Positions 38,342 to 47,272 of a stretch of 64,000 nucleotides of DNA are shown here, one piece after another. Within the stretch, counting starts at the first letter, position 1. Each line of letters starts with the position of its first letter. A model generated the notes under the pieces. The model was given only the letters and a program-made list of their open reading frames with translations. It was not told where the DNA came from and ran no database searches. Origin of the DNA: a virus. The stretch is taken from IMG/VR virus record IMGVR_UViG_3300035698_014170, positions 23,341-87,340 of that record; one strand, 5' to 3'. A program made the position numbers and the translations under genes.

Positions 38342-39449
38342 AAAGTTAATAATCGTCTCCGGAATAACTGGTTCTGGTAAAACAACTTATACTAATAGTT
38401 TAGAATATCTTCATATTCATTTTGATGAAATTTTTAGTTATCAAACAAATGTTTTAAACTATGAGGCTATTAAAAATTTAATTATAAGAAATTCAGATTC
38501 TGATACTTTTGTATTAGATGCCTACATGTTTCATCTTGATTTGGATCTTGTAAAACTTAAAGAAGTGTTAGAAGGCTTGATAGATGTTTATGAAATTCAT
38601 TTTCTTTATACGAACTTAAAAGATTTGTATGCCGCACAAGTGTACAAAAATGTTTTAACAAAAACTTATGAAGCGCCTGAAACATTTGAAAAACAAGCTC
38701 AAAAGAATACAAGAGGATCATATAGATTAGCAAGATATATTATGTCTGCATACGAAAGAAAAGTTGTAGAAGATTTGAAGTTTATATATAGATATAGATC
38801 TGGTTATAGTTATCAAAACAAAGCACATTTTTTAAGGACATTAGGCACGGATAGACAAGAATTATTAGATTTTATTAAATTAACTGTAGCAGATTGGAAG
38901 TATCAAACAATAGAACTTCATGGAAAGACAGAGGTTCCTGGATATTCCGAATCATCAATTTCTTGGGATAATATACTTAAAACAGGAGTACAATTCTCAG
39001 GTAAATCTGTTTGTGAAATAGGATGTTTTTTCGGCTACTTTTGTTGTAAGGCTGAAAAAGCTGAGGCTTCAAAAGTAGTAGGATATGATCAATCTTGCAC
39101 AGTATTGGATGTAGCTAGAAAAATAACAGCTTACAATGATTTGGATAGCATATTTGAAGTAAGAACTATTGACGGAGATTTTGCTTTCCCAGAAAAATTT
39201 GATATTATTTTGACATTGAATATGCTTCATCATATTCGAAAATTATGTGATGAAACAACTTTTACAAAAATCGTAAGGGAAATCTTTTTAAATTGCAAAG
39301 AGGCAGTGTTTGAAATAAACGAAAACGAGATAGATATAATTACTGGAGAAGGAAAAAAAGAAGGTTTTGCATTAAAAAATTCTGTTGTCTCGCATAGAAA
39401 AACACAATACGGTAATAGATCTATTCTTTATTTTTTAAAGGAAAAATAA
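38334..39449 (+). CDS. P-loop kinase fused to class I methyltransferase
   Basis: SGITGSGKTT Walker A; VCEIGCFFGYF; FDIILTLNMLHH. Confidence 0.75.
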   Translation: MSKKLIIVSGITGSGKTTYTNSLEYLHIHFDEIFSYQTNVLNYEAIKNLIIRNSDSDTFVLDAYMFHLDLDLVKLKEVLEGLIDVYEIHFLYTNLKDLYAAQVYKNVLTKTYEAPETFEKQAQKNTRGSYRLARYIMSAYERKVVEDLKFIYRYRSGYSYQNKAHFLRTLGTDRQELLDFIKLTVADWKYQTIELHGKTEVPGYSESSISWDNILKTGVQFSGKSVCEIGCFFGYFCCKAEKAEASKVVGYDQSCTVLDVARKITAYNDLDSIFEVRTIDGDFAFPEKFDIILTLNMLHHIRKLCDETTFTKIVREIFLNCKEAVFEINENEIDIITGEGKKEGFALKNSVVSHRKTQYGNRSILYFLKEK

Positions 39450-39450
39450 A

Positions 39451-40530
39451 ATGAAGAGTGTAGTTACTATAACAGGCATCCGACCAGATTTTATTAGAAT
39501 GTCCGAAATTTTTAAAAAATTGGATGAGAATTTCAATCATATTCTTATTCATACGGGACAACATTATGATAAAATGTTATCAGATGTGTTTTTTGAAGAA
39601 TTAGAAATCCGCTCTCCAGATTATAACTTAGGAGTCGGAGGTTCTGGTAAAGAGCATTTTCATCAAACAGCAGAAATTCCTGTAAAAATTATTGAATTGT
39701 TTCAAAAAGAAAAAATCAATCCAGATATTATTTTATTTCTTGGTGATTCTAATTCTGTACTGTGTGCTCCAGTTTTAAAGAAACAAGGATACAAAATAGG
39801 TCACATAGAAGCTGGAATGCGATCATATGATAAAAGAATGTTCGAGGAAATAAATAGGGTGGTTTGTGATCATTGTAGTGATTTATTGTTTGTTTACCAT
39901 GAAGATTACAAGAAACAAGCCCTTGAAGAAGGGGTTAACGAGGAAAACATATTTGTTGTAGGTAATACAATTGTAGAGGTTTGCACCCCTTATTTGAAAG
40001 AGTTCGATTATTCTAGTAAAAGTAGGGATCTTATTTTATTAGATATTCATAGGCCTGAAAATTTTAAGTATCCTACTAGACTTCAAAATATATTTGATAT
40101 GGCAAATACTTTAATGAATACTTATAATAAACCAGTTAAATGTTTATCATTCGGAAGAACCGTACAAGCCATAAAAGATTTACGGATAAAAACAGGCGAA
40201 GTTGAATTTATAAATTTATTATCTTATAAGAACTTTTTACATTTACAAAACGACGCTTTATTTACTATTTCAGATTCGGGAACTGCTCAAGAAGAAGCTG
40301 CAATATTTCAAACACCTGTTCTTGTACCAAGGGATTTTACAGAAAGACCTCAATCAATTCAAAATAATTGTTCTTTTATGGTAGATGTTAATAATTCTCC
40401 AGAAATGGGACCTGTATTACGCTGGTTGGATACTGTATTAAAGGCTCTTTTTATAATAAATTCGAGCTGGTTAGGAGAAGGAAATACTTCTGATAAAATA
40501 ATTAAAATTTTAAAAAGGTATATGAAATGA
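39451..40530 (+). CDS. UDP-N-acetylhexosamine 2-epimerase (WecB/FnlC-like)
   Basis: GIRPD, HTGQHY, GDSNS, HIEAGMRS, EEINR, SDSGTAQEE, TERP. Confidence 0.9.
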   Translation: MKSVVTITGIRPDFIRMSEIFKKLDENFNHILIHTGQHYDKMLSDVFFEELEIRSPDYNLGVGGSGKEHFHQTAEIPVKIIELFQKEKINPDIILFLGDSNSVLCAPVLKKQGYKIGHIEAGMRSYDKRMFEEINRVVCDHCSDLLFVYHEDYKKQALEEGVNEENIFVVGNTIVEVCTPYLKEFDYSSKSRDLILLDIHRPENFKYPTRLQNIFDMANTLMNTYNKPVKCLSFGRTVQAIKDLRIKTGEVEFINLLSYKNFLHLQNDALFTISDSGTAQEEAAIFQTPVLVPRDFTERPQSIQNNCSFMVDVNNSPEMGPVLRWLDTVLKALFIINSSWLGEGNTSDKIIKILKRYMK

Positions 40531-41288
40531 AAGTAGCTGCTTTTCTACAACTGTATAACGAATTAGAAAAAGGTAATCTTGTTCGATGTTTAAACAATTG
40601 TTCAAAATGGGCAGATGATATTTACATTTACGACGATTGTTCTACTGATGGTTCTCAAGAAGTGTATTTACAGTACACTGCTAAAGAAAATATGATTTTT
40701 GGGAAAGTTCGTGAATTTAACAAAGAGATTTTTCATAAACAACAGCTATTAAATTTAACATTAACGAGTTCTCCAGATTGGATTGTATGGCAAGACGGAG
40801 ATGCTATATTAGACAGAAAACTTACAACAGGTTTAAAAACCATTTTAGGAGCATTAGAAACCAAAGGAGTGGACGGAGCATACGCTCACTATCTTAATCT
40901 ATGGCGAAGCAACACTTATCATCGAATAGATAATAGTTATGATTTAGGTTGGTTTTTACTGTTTTGGAAAAACAATGGTCTTCTTAAATATAATCCTGAG
41001 CCAGGTTTGCATCGAAATCAATTTCCTTTAGGAATAGAAAATCCGGAACAAATTCCATACAATGTTATCCATTATGGGTTTTCAACTAAAGAAGCTATCG
41101 AAAATAAATATCTTACTTATAAATCTTACGGACAAAAAGGACATAGTTTAGATCGATTGATAGATGAGACTTCTTCTTTTGAACTTGTAAAAATGGAATT
41201 AGAAAAATTTCCAGAAGAAAATGTCCCTCAAAATTACAATGCGGAAAAGAAACCCACTCCTATTTCTTTTTCAGAGGTAAGAAAATGA
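40527..41288 (+). CDS. GT2-like glycosyltransferase
   Basis: YDDCSTDGS, DWIVWQDGD, IHYG. Confidence 0.8.
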   Translation: MKVAAFLQLYNELEKGNLVRCLNNCSKWADDIYIYDDCSTDGSQEVYLQYTAKENMIFGKVREFNKEIFHKQQLLNLTLTSSPDWIVWQDGDAILDRKLTTGLKTILGALETKGVDGAYAHYLNLWRSNTYHRIDNSYDLGWFLLFWKNNGLLKYNPEPGLHRNQFPLGIENPEQIPYNVIHYGFSTKEAIENKYLTYKSYGQKGHSLDRLIDETSSFELVKMELEKFPEENVPQNYNAEKKPTPISFSEVRK

Positions 41289-41996
41289 AAATATGTTTAA
41301 TTGGAATGGTTTATAAATCTGTTCCTTATTTGGATTTAATGACAGAAGAAATGAAAAAAACCTGTTTAGAATCTGAGTATGACGTGGACTATCTAATTAT
41401 AGCCAATGATCCTACAAAAGAAGTTTTACAAAAACTTAGTAAAAATTGTAATGTGTATAAAGATTTTTTTTCCAAAGGAATATTATTTAAATAGAGTATA
41501 TCGAGCTTGGAATTCTGGAGGTTTTACAGCAGAGGCAGACATACTTGTTTTCATAAACTCGGATATGATTTTTTATACAAATTGGTTGGATAATCTTTTA
41601 AAACATTTAAATAAAGATACGATTCCTTGTTCTAAACTTATTGAATCAGGTAAGCTTATTCCTGGTAAGCATGCTATTGAAAAGAATTTTGGTAAAACGA
41701 TAGCTCAATTAGATAGAAAAGGGTTTGAAAGCTTTGCAGAAGAAATATCAGATCCTGGTATATCTGAAGGCGGATTATACATGCCTTGTGTTTTCCATAA
41801 AAAAGATTTCATTGAATCAGGAGGATATCCGGAAGGAAATATCTATGAAAAAGGAGTAGGAATTGTTTCGTCTAAATTTATAGAATCTGGCGATTGCAAT
41901 TTCTTTTATAAAAATCCTGTTATGAAAAAGAAAAGACATATTACTGTAAACGATTCTATATGTTATCATATTCAGGAAGGGGAAAAAGATGCTTAA
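41285..41996 (+). CDS. GT2-like glycosyltransferase split by a T-run indel near 41465
   Basis: Reads KDFF-PKEYYLNRVYRAWN if one T is removed; FINSDM; GGYPEG. Confidence 0.75.
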
Positions 41997-42522
41997 TCCA
42001 GTAACTTTAGATATGATTGAAGTAGTAAAATTCTTTGTTAAAATGTTTCGTCCAGATAATTATTTAGAACTGGGGTTATATGAAGGAGAAACTATTGCTT
42101 ATGCTAAAGATTATGTGAAAAATTTAGCAGTAGGTGTCGATATAAGGTGTCCAAAAAACGTAGAGGGTTATTCTTTTTTTGAAATGACAACGGATGAATT
42201 CTTCCGGAAATTAGATCAAAAACAATTAAATTTTCCTTTGTTTGATATGGTTTTTATAGACGCGGATCATTCTTATACTCAATCTAAAAAGGATTTTAAT
42301 AATGTTTTTAAATATGTAGCTGATCAAGGTTTAATATTTTTACATGATACCTTTCCCAAAAATGAAGAGTCTACTGCTTCTGGTTATTGTGGAGATGTAT
42401 ATAAAACAGCAATGGAATTATGTTATAAACCGGGTGAACGTGAAATAGTTACTTTACCTGTTCATCCTGGATTAAGTATTATCAGAAAAAGAAAGAATCA
42501 TTTAAAATGGCTTCCGTTATAA
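41989..42522 (+). CDS. Methyltransferase (Methyltransf_24-like)
   Basis: YLELG...G, FDMVFIDADHSY, IFLHD. Confidence 0.85.
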   Translation: MLNPVTLDMIEVVKFFVKMFRPDNYLELGLYEGETIAYAKDYVKNLAVGVDIRCPKNVEGYSFFEMTTDEFFRKLDQKQLNFPLFDMVFIDADHSYTQSKKDFNNVFKYVADQGLIFLHDTFPKNEESTASGYCGDVYKTAMELCYKPGEREIVTLPVHPGLSIIRKRKNHLKWLPL

Positions 42523-42538
42523 TAAAAGGGTTAGTTAA

Positions 42539-43075
42539 ATGAGATTTAAAATTCCTGCTGATATCCAAACATGGAAACATAATGAAAGTGTAAATTCTGA
42601 TACATTGCGGCAACTTTTAATTATGCAACCAGAAGAGATTGTAGATGTAGGAGCAGGCGATGGATTTTACGGCAAATTGATTAAATATTTTATTCCTGAT
42701 TCATATATTACAGGTGTAGAGATAGCTGAAATGTATGTTGAACGTTTTCAACTTAGTCAAATTTATGATAGGATACTTGTAGGTAGTATTGTTGATATGA
42801 TAGATGAAATTGAAGGAGATTTAATTATTTTTGGCAATGTCTTGGAACATATTGAAAAAGAAGCTTCTGTTAAAGTATTTGAAAAAGCCGTAACAAAATT
42901 TGATTTTGTTATAGTGAATTCGCCTGTAGGTTTTCAACCTCAAGATCATAAATTAATATCAGAACACCATGTATGTGGTTGGGACTGCGCAGATTTTGAA
43001 CTTCATCCTGTTCTTGAATTTCATACTTATTGTAATAATACAATGTTTAACTGTTTATTAAAAGGACAAGTTTAA
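42539..43075 (+). CDS. Class I SAM methyltransferase
   Basis: VDVGAGDGFYG; GNVLEHI. Confidence 0.85.
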   Translation: MRFKIPADIQTWKHNESVNSDTLRQLLIMQPEEIVDVGAGDGFYGKLIKYFIPDSYITGVEIAEMYVERFQLSQIYDRILVGSIVDMIDEIEGDLIIFGNVLEHIEKEASVKVFEKAVTKFDFVIVNSPVGFQPQDHKLISEHHVCGWDCADFELHPVLEFHTYCNNTMFNCLLKGQV

Positions 43076-43076
43076 A

Positions 43077-44006
43077 ATGTCCGGATGGCTAATAAATGAT
43101 TGTCTAACTTGTATTCCAGGAACAAGAACTTTTTGGCACGATTTATTAGAGTGGTTTCCTTATTTACAAGACAAAACAAATAATTATACTTCTTTTAATA
43201 AATTAGCTGATTATATTGAACTTGAAGCAACGAAAGCTGGTATTCCTGATTTCGTAGTAAGAAATGCAACATTTTTTAGAAAACTCAATCTGAAAACAAA
43301 GACAATTAGTTTTCTTCAAGATTGCTATCCTAAATCGCACGTACATGAAATGCAGGTAGATGTTTGTAATAATTCAGATATAGTTGTATTTAATTCGCCG
43401 TTTACAAGAGATATGTATAAAGAAGAAATAAATGTTAGAACAGAAGTAATACCGATAGGAGTTAATTTTAATCTTTTTCATCCAATAAATGACAAAGATA
43501 AACTGAGAAGCAAATGGAATATTCCAAGAGATTGCATTTTGTTTATTGGATCAACAAACAGTGTAAAAGGATTTTCTGTTATTGAGACATTAATAAAAGA
43601 CACAAATTTTAATTTTTGTTTAGTAATGAAAGATTCTTTTACAACAGAACGAAAGAATGTAAGAGTATTTAATAAGGTGGATCATAAGGACTTGGTAGAG
43701 ATTATCAATTGTTGTAGTATGCTTTTGTGTACATCTGTTAGAGAAACTTTGCATTTATCAGGTGTCGAGGCAGGCGCTTGTAACATACCGATTTTAACAA
43801 CTGATGTTGGCATTTATTTTGGAAAATCATTGGATGGACGAGGAATGAAGATAGATAAAGGCGCTGATATCGGTCCTCAAATTAGTTTTATGCTTAATAA
43901 CCTATCTTTATTCCGACCAAGAGAAGTTCTTTTGGTAAGTGGTTTAGATACTGAAAGTTGCAAGAATTCCTGGAGCAATTTGCTATATAGCGGAGCAAAT
44001 TTATGA
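43077..44006 (+). CDS. GT4 glycosyltransferase
   Basis: IPIGVN...F, KG, E.LHLSGVEAGACNIPILTTDVG. Confidence 0.85.
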   Translation: MSGWLINDCLTCIPGTRTFWHDLLEWFPYLQDKTNNYTSFNKLADYIELEATKAGIPDFVVRNATFFRKLNLKTKTISFLQDCYPKSHVHEMQVDVCNNSDIVVFNSPFTRDMYKEEINVRTEVIPIGVNFNLFHPINDKDKLRSKWNIPRDCILFIGSTNSVKGFSVIETLIKDTNFNFCLVMKDSFTTERKNVRVFNKVDHKDLVEIINCCSMLLCTSVRETLHLSGVEAGACNIPILTTDVGIYFGKSLDGRGMKIDKGADIGPQISFMLNNLSLFRPREVLLVSGLDTESCKNSWSNLLYSGANL

Positions 44007-44428
44007 TAATTGTATATTCTTATTACGTATTGGACATCATTCATAAAGGGCATTTAGAGATGCTGCAAAATGCTAAAGCTATAGCTGGAATTGATGGGCG
44101 ATTGATTGTAGGGATCCTAACAGATGCTGCTACGATGGAAAAGAAACCTTGCCCTATTTTATCCTTTGAAGAAAGAGTTGAAATAGCTCGAAGCATCAAA
44201 TGCATTGATTTGGTAGTAGCCCAAGAAACCTATTCTCCTTTGAGAAATGTTCTAACAATTAAGCCAACTATTTTAATGGAGAGCAATAGTCATACTCCAA
44301 ATCCTGATGTTGTAAAAGCTATGAAAAAAATTGGAGGGCAGATAGTTTGCATCCCTTATTTTCCAGAGCACTCTTCTACTAAAATAAAAACTCAAATAAA
44401 AAAAGAAAGTAAAAATGGAGAAACATGA
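44003..44428 (+). CDS. HIGH-family cytidylyltransferase (TagD-like)
   Basis: DIIHKGHL, LIVGILTD, FEER, SSTKIK. Confidence 0.85.
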   Translation: MIIVYSYYVLDIIHKGHLEMLQNAKAIAGIDGRLIVGILTDAATMEKKPCPILSFEERVEIARSIKCIDLVVAQETYSPLRNVLTIKPTILMESNSHTPNPDVVKAMKKIGGQIVCIPYFPEHSSTKIKTQIKKESKNGET

Positions 44429-45366
44429 AAATATTAATAGTAGGCGGTGCAGGATACATAGGCGGTTATCTTACTGATTTTCTTATTGAAAACGGTTATA
44501 AAGTTACTGTTTACGATAATCTAATGTACGAACAACGTTTTTTAAAAAACGTTCCTTTTATATACGGAGATATTCGAGATAGAGAGAAACTTAAAAGCAT
44601 TTTATCTAATTTCGATACAGTTATTTGGTTAGCAGCAATTGTTGGCGATGGTGCTTGTGCTGTCGATCCTTTTTTAACTCAAACTATTAACTCAGATTGT
44701 GTTAAATGGATTTCAAAATACTATACCGGTAGATTAATATTTACATCTACTTGCTCAGTATACGGAATAAATGATGAGCTGATAGACGAAACAGCGGCTC
44801 CCAACCCTCTTTCTATATATGCAAAAACTAAGTTAGAAGCAGAACAACACATTTTAAGATATGCAAAAGATCCGCTTATTTTTAGATTAGGAACTTTGTT
44901 CGGTTTAGGGGACAGACATTCTAGAATGCGATTTGATTTAGTTGCTAATATTTTATCTAAAAAAGCGGCAGAAGGAAAAGAGTTGACTGTGTTTGGAGGT
45001 GAACAATGGAGACCTTTATTACACGTAAAAGACGTTTCGACTGCTATTGTGCATTCTCTTAAAAATGAAATAACTGGACTGTATAATCTATCGTATCATA
45101 ATTACAAAATATGTGATTTAGCTGAAGAAATTAAAAAACAGCTTCCCGATACAAAAATTGAATACACAGATTTACAATTTGAAGATTTAAGAAACTATCG
45201 GGTTAAAAATGAAAAAATACTTTCTACCGGTTGGAAAAATCTTCATTTCTTAGAAGAAGGGATTATTGAAGTTATCAATATAATAAAAGAAAACAGGATC
45301 AAAAACTTAGAAGATCCTATATATTCAAATCAACATTACTTAAATAAAAATTATTTTAGATTTTAG
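44425..45366 (+). CDS. NAD-dependent sugar epimerase/dehydratase (extended SDR)
   Basis: GGAGYIG, STCSVYG, YAKTK. Confidence 0.9.
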   Translation: MKILIVGGAGYIGGYLTDFLIENGYKVTVYDNLMYEQRFLKNVPFIYGDIRDREKLKSILSNFDTVIWLAAIVGDGACAVDPFLTQTINSDCVKWISKYYTGRLIFTSTCSVYGINDELIDETAAPNPLSIYAKTKLEAEQHILRYAKDPLIFRLGTLFGLGDRHSRMRFDLVANILSKKAAEGKELTVFGGEQWRPLLHVKDVSTAIVHSLKNEITGLYNLSYHNYKICDLAEEIKKQLPDTKIEYTDLQFEDLRNYRVKNEKILSTGWKNLHFLEEGIIEVINIIKENRIKNLEDPIYSNQHYLNKNYFRF

Positions 45367-45379
45367 AAAAGGAAAAGAA

Positions 45380-45805
45380 ATGGAAAACCTGAAAATTTTA
45401 CACGGTGGAGTAGCAGTAGATGATAGAGGAGGTATCAGATTCGTAAACGGCTTTGATTTCAAAGGTGTAAAAAGGTTTTATCAAGTAGAAAATCATTCAA
45501 AAAACTTCATAAGAGCTTGGCACGGGCATAAAAATGAAGGTAAATATGTTTATGTGGCTAAGGGAAGTGCTTTAGTAGGAGCTGTTTCGTTGTCAGATGA
45601 GAAGAATACACCTACAAAGTTTGTTTTATCAGATAAAAAACCTTCAATTCTTTGGATACCTCCGAATCATGCAAACGGTTTTATGACATTAGAAGAAGAC
45701 ACTATTGTACAATTTTTTAGTACTTCTACTTTAGAAGAAAGTTTGGATGACGATATAAGGTTTCCATATGATAAATGGAAAATTTGGAACATTGACTATA
45801 GATAA
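45380..45805 (+). CDS. RmlC-like cupin sugar epimerase
   Basis: DDRG, IRAWHGH, LWIPP..ANGF. Confidence 0.85.
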   Translation: MENLKILHGGVAVDDRGGIRFVNGFDFKGVKRFYQVENHSKNFIRAWHGHKNEGKYVYVAKGSALVGAVSLSDEKNTPTKFVLSDKKPSILWIPPNHANGFMTLEEDTIVQFFSTSTLEESLDDDIRFPYDKWKIWNIDYR

Positions 45806-45828
45806 TTAATTTTTAAGGGTAAAGAAAA

Positions 45829-46632
45829 ATGAGAATAGTAATATTAGGCAGTACTGGGATGTTAGGAAACGCTGTTGGAAAGTATTTCATCGAAAAATAC
45901 GGCGAAGATAATGTATATTTATCTTACAGAAATGAAGAAGTTTCTTATGGTAAAAATAAGTTTAAATTTGAACTTCCTAATAATTTGGAAAAAATTCCAG
46001 ATTGTGACTATGTAATAAACTGCATAGGAATTATCAAACCGTTTATTGAAAATGATGTAACAAAATCTATTTTAGTGAACTCCGTTTTTCCTAGAAAATT
46101 GGCTGAGTATTGTGAAAAGAAGGATATTAATTTAATTCATATAACAACAGATTGTGTTTTTTCAGGAAAAGATGGTAATTATACTGAAGAATCTTTACAC
46201 GATTGTTTAGATAGTTATGGCAAGACAAAATCCTTAGGCGAACCAATTAATTGTATGACAATTAGGACAAGTATAATCGGCGAAGAAATTCATAAGAACG
46301 CCAGTTTAATCTCGTGGGTTAAATCTCAAAAAGGAAAGGAAGTAAATGGATTTACGAATCACTCGTGGAACGGAATTACCACTTTGCAGTATGCTAAAAT
46401 ATGCAGTCAAATAATTGATAAAGCTTTATATCAAAAAGGATTGTACCATTTATTTTCAAATAATGTTAATAAATATGAATTGCTTTGTTTATTAAACGAT
46501 AAGTTTGATTTAAATTTAACTGTTAAGGAATTTCAAGCGGATTGTATAGTTGATAGAACGTTGTCAAGCTCTAAAGATTTGTACAAATTTGTAATCATAC
46601 CTTCTATCGAAGATCAAATAAAGGAGCTATAA
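45829..46632 (+). CDS. RmlD-like NDP-sugar 4-reductase
   Basis: GSTGMLG, HITTDCVFSG, YGKTKSLGE. Confidence 0.85.
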   Translation: MRIVILGSTGMLGNAVGKYFIEKYGEDNVYLSYRNEEVSYGKNKFKFELPNNLEKIPDCDYVINCIGIIKPFIENDVTKSILVNSVFPRKLAEYCEKKDINLIHITTDCVFSGKDGNYTEESLHDCLDSYGKTKSLGEPINCMTIRTSIIGEEIHKNASLISWVKSQKGKEVNGFTNHSWNGITTLQYAKICSQIIDKALYQKGLYHLFSNNVNKYELLCLLNDKFDLNLTVKEFQADCIVDRTLSSSKDLYKFVIIPSIEDQIKEL

Positions 46633-47222
46633 TGAATTATATAGTATGTGCTTATTATACTCGGGATACTTTATACGAAGAAAAGGTTTCTACATTGAAA
46701 AAATCTCTTAATAAGTTTAACATCCCTTACTATATAGAAAGCATTCAAAATAAAGGTGATTGGTATAAGAACACTAATTTTAAGCCTTCCTTTCTTAAAA
46801 AAATGTTAGAAAAATTTCCAGGTAAATCTGTTGTTTATGTAGACGTAGACGCAGAATTTTTAAGATACCCTGATTTATTTGAGAACTGGAGTAATTTAAC
46901 TTGCATAGATGTAGGAGTTTATGTCTTTGATCGTTCTTGTTATAAAAAAAGTGCTAAAGGAACTGAAGTTCTTAGCGGAACAATTTTTCTAAAAAACAAT
47001 AAAGAGGTTTACGAGATAGTTGAAAAATGGGAAAAGGAATGTAAGGAACATCCTCGTGTTTGGGATCAACGTTCTCTTGAAAAAGTATTAAACGGACATT
47101 ATCATACATTGCCGGGAGAATATTGTAAAATTTTTGATCGGATGGAAGATATAAAAGATCCAGTGATAGTTCATTATCAATGTAGTCGCATAGTAAGAAA
47201 AAATAAAGGCAGATTAAAATAA
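46632..47222 (+). CDS. Nucleotide-diphospho-sugar transferase (GT-A, GT77-like)
   Basis: KP.F, YVDVDA, SGTIF, WDQ..L, LP.EY, H.Q.SR. Confidence 0.75.
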   Translation: MNYIVCAYYTRDTLYEEKVSTLKKSLNKFNIPYYIESIQNKGDWYKNTNFKPSFLKKMLEKFPGKSVVYVDVDAEFLRYPDLFENWSNLTCIDVGVYVFDRSCYKKSAKGTEVLSGTIFLKNNKEVYEIVEKWEKECKEHPRVWDQRSLEKVLNGHYHTLPGEYCKIFDRMEDIKDPVIVHYQCSRIVRKNKGRLK

Positions 47223-47272
47223 TAGGATGATTACAAGAATGTACTTATTTATTTAATTCGAAAGGTTATCAT

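Noticed and set aside
41460-41475. Poly-T tract in a glycosyltransferase as a phase-variation switch
   Set aside because: Plausible in principle, but the run is only 8 nt and the window has many similar indels in genes unlikely to phase-vary; it cannot be supported without read data.
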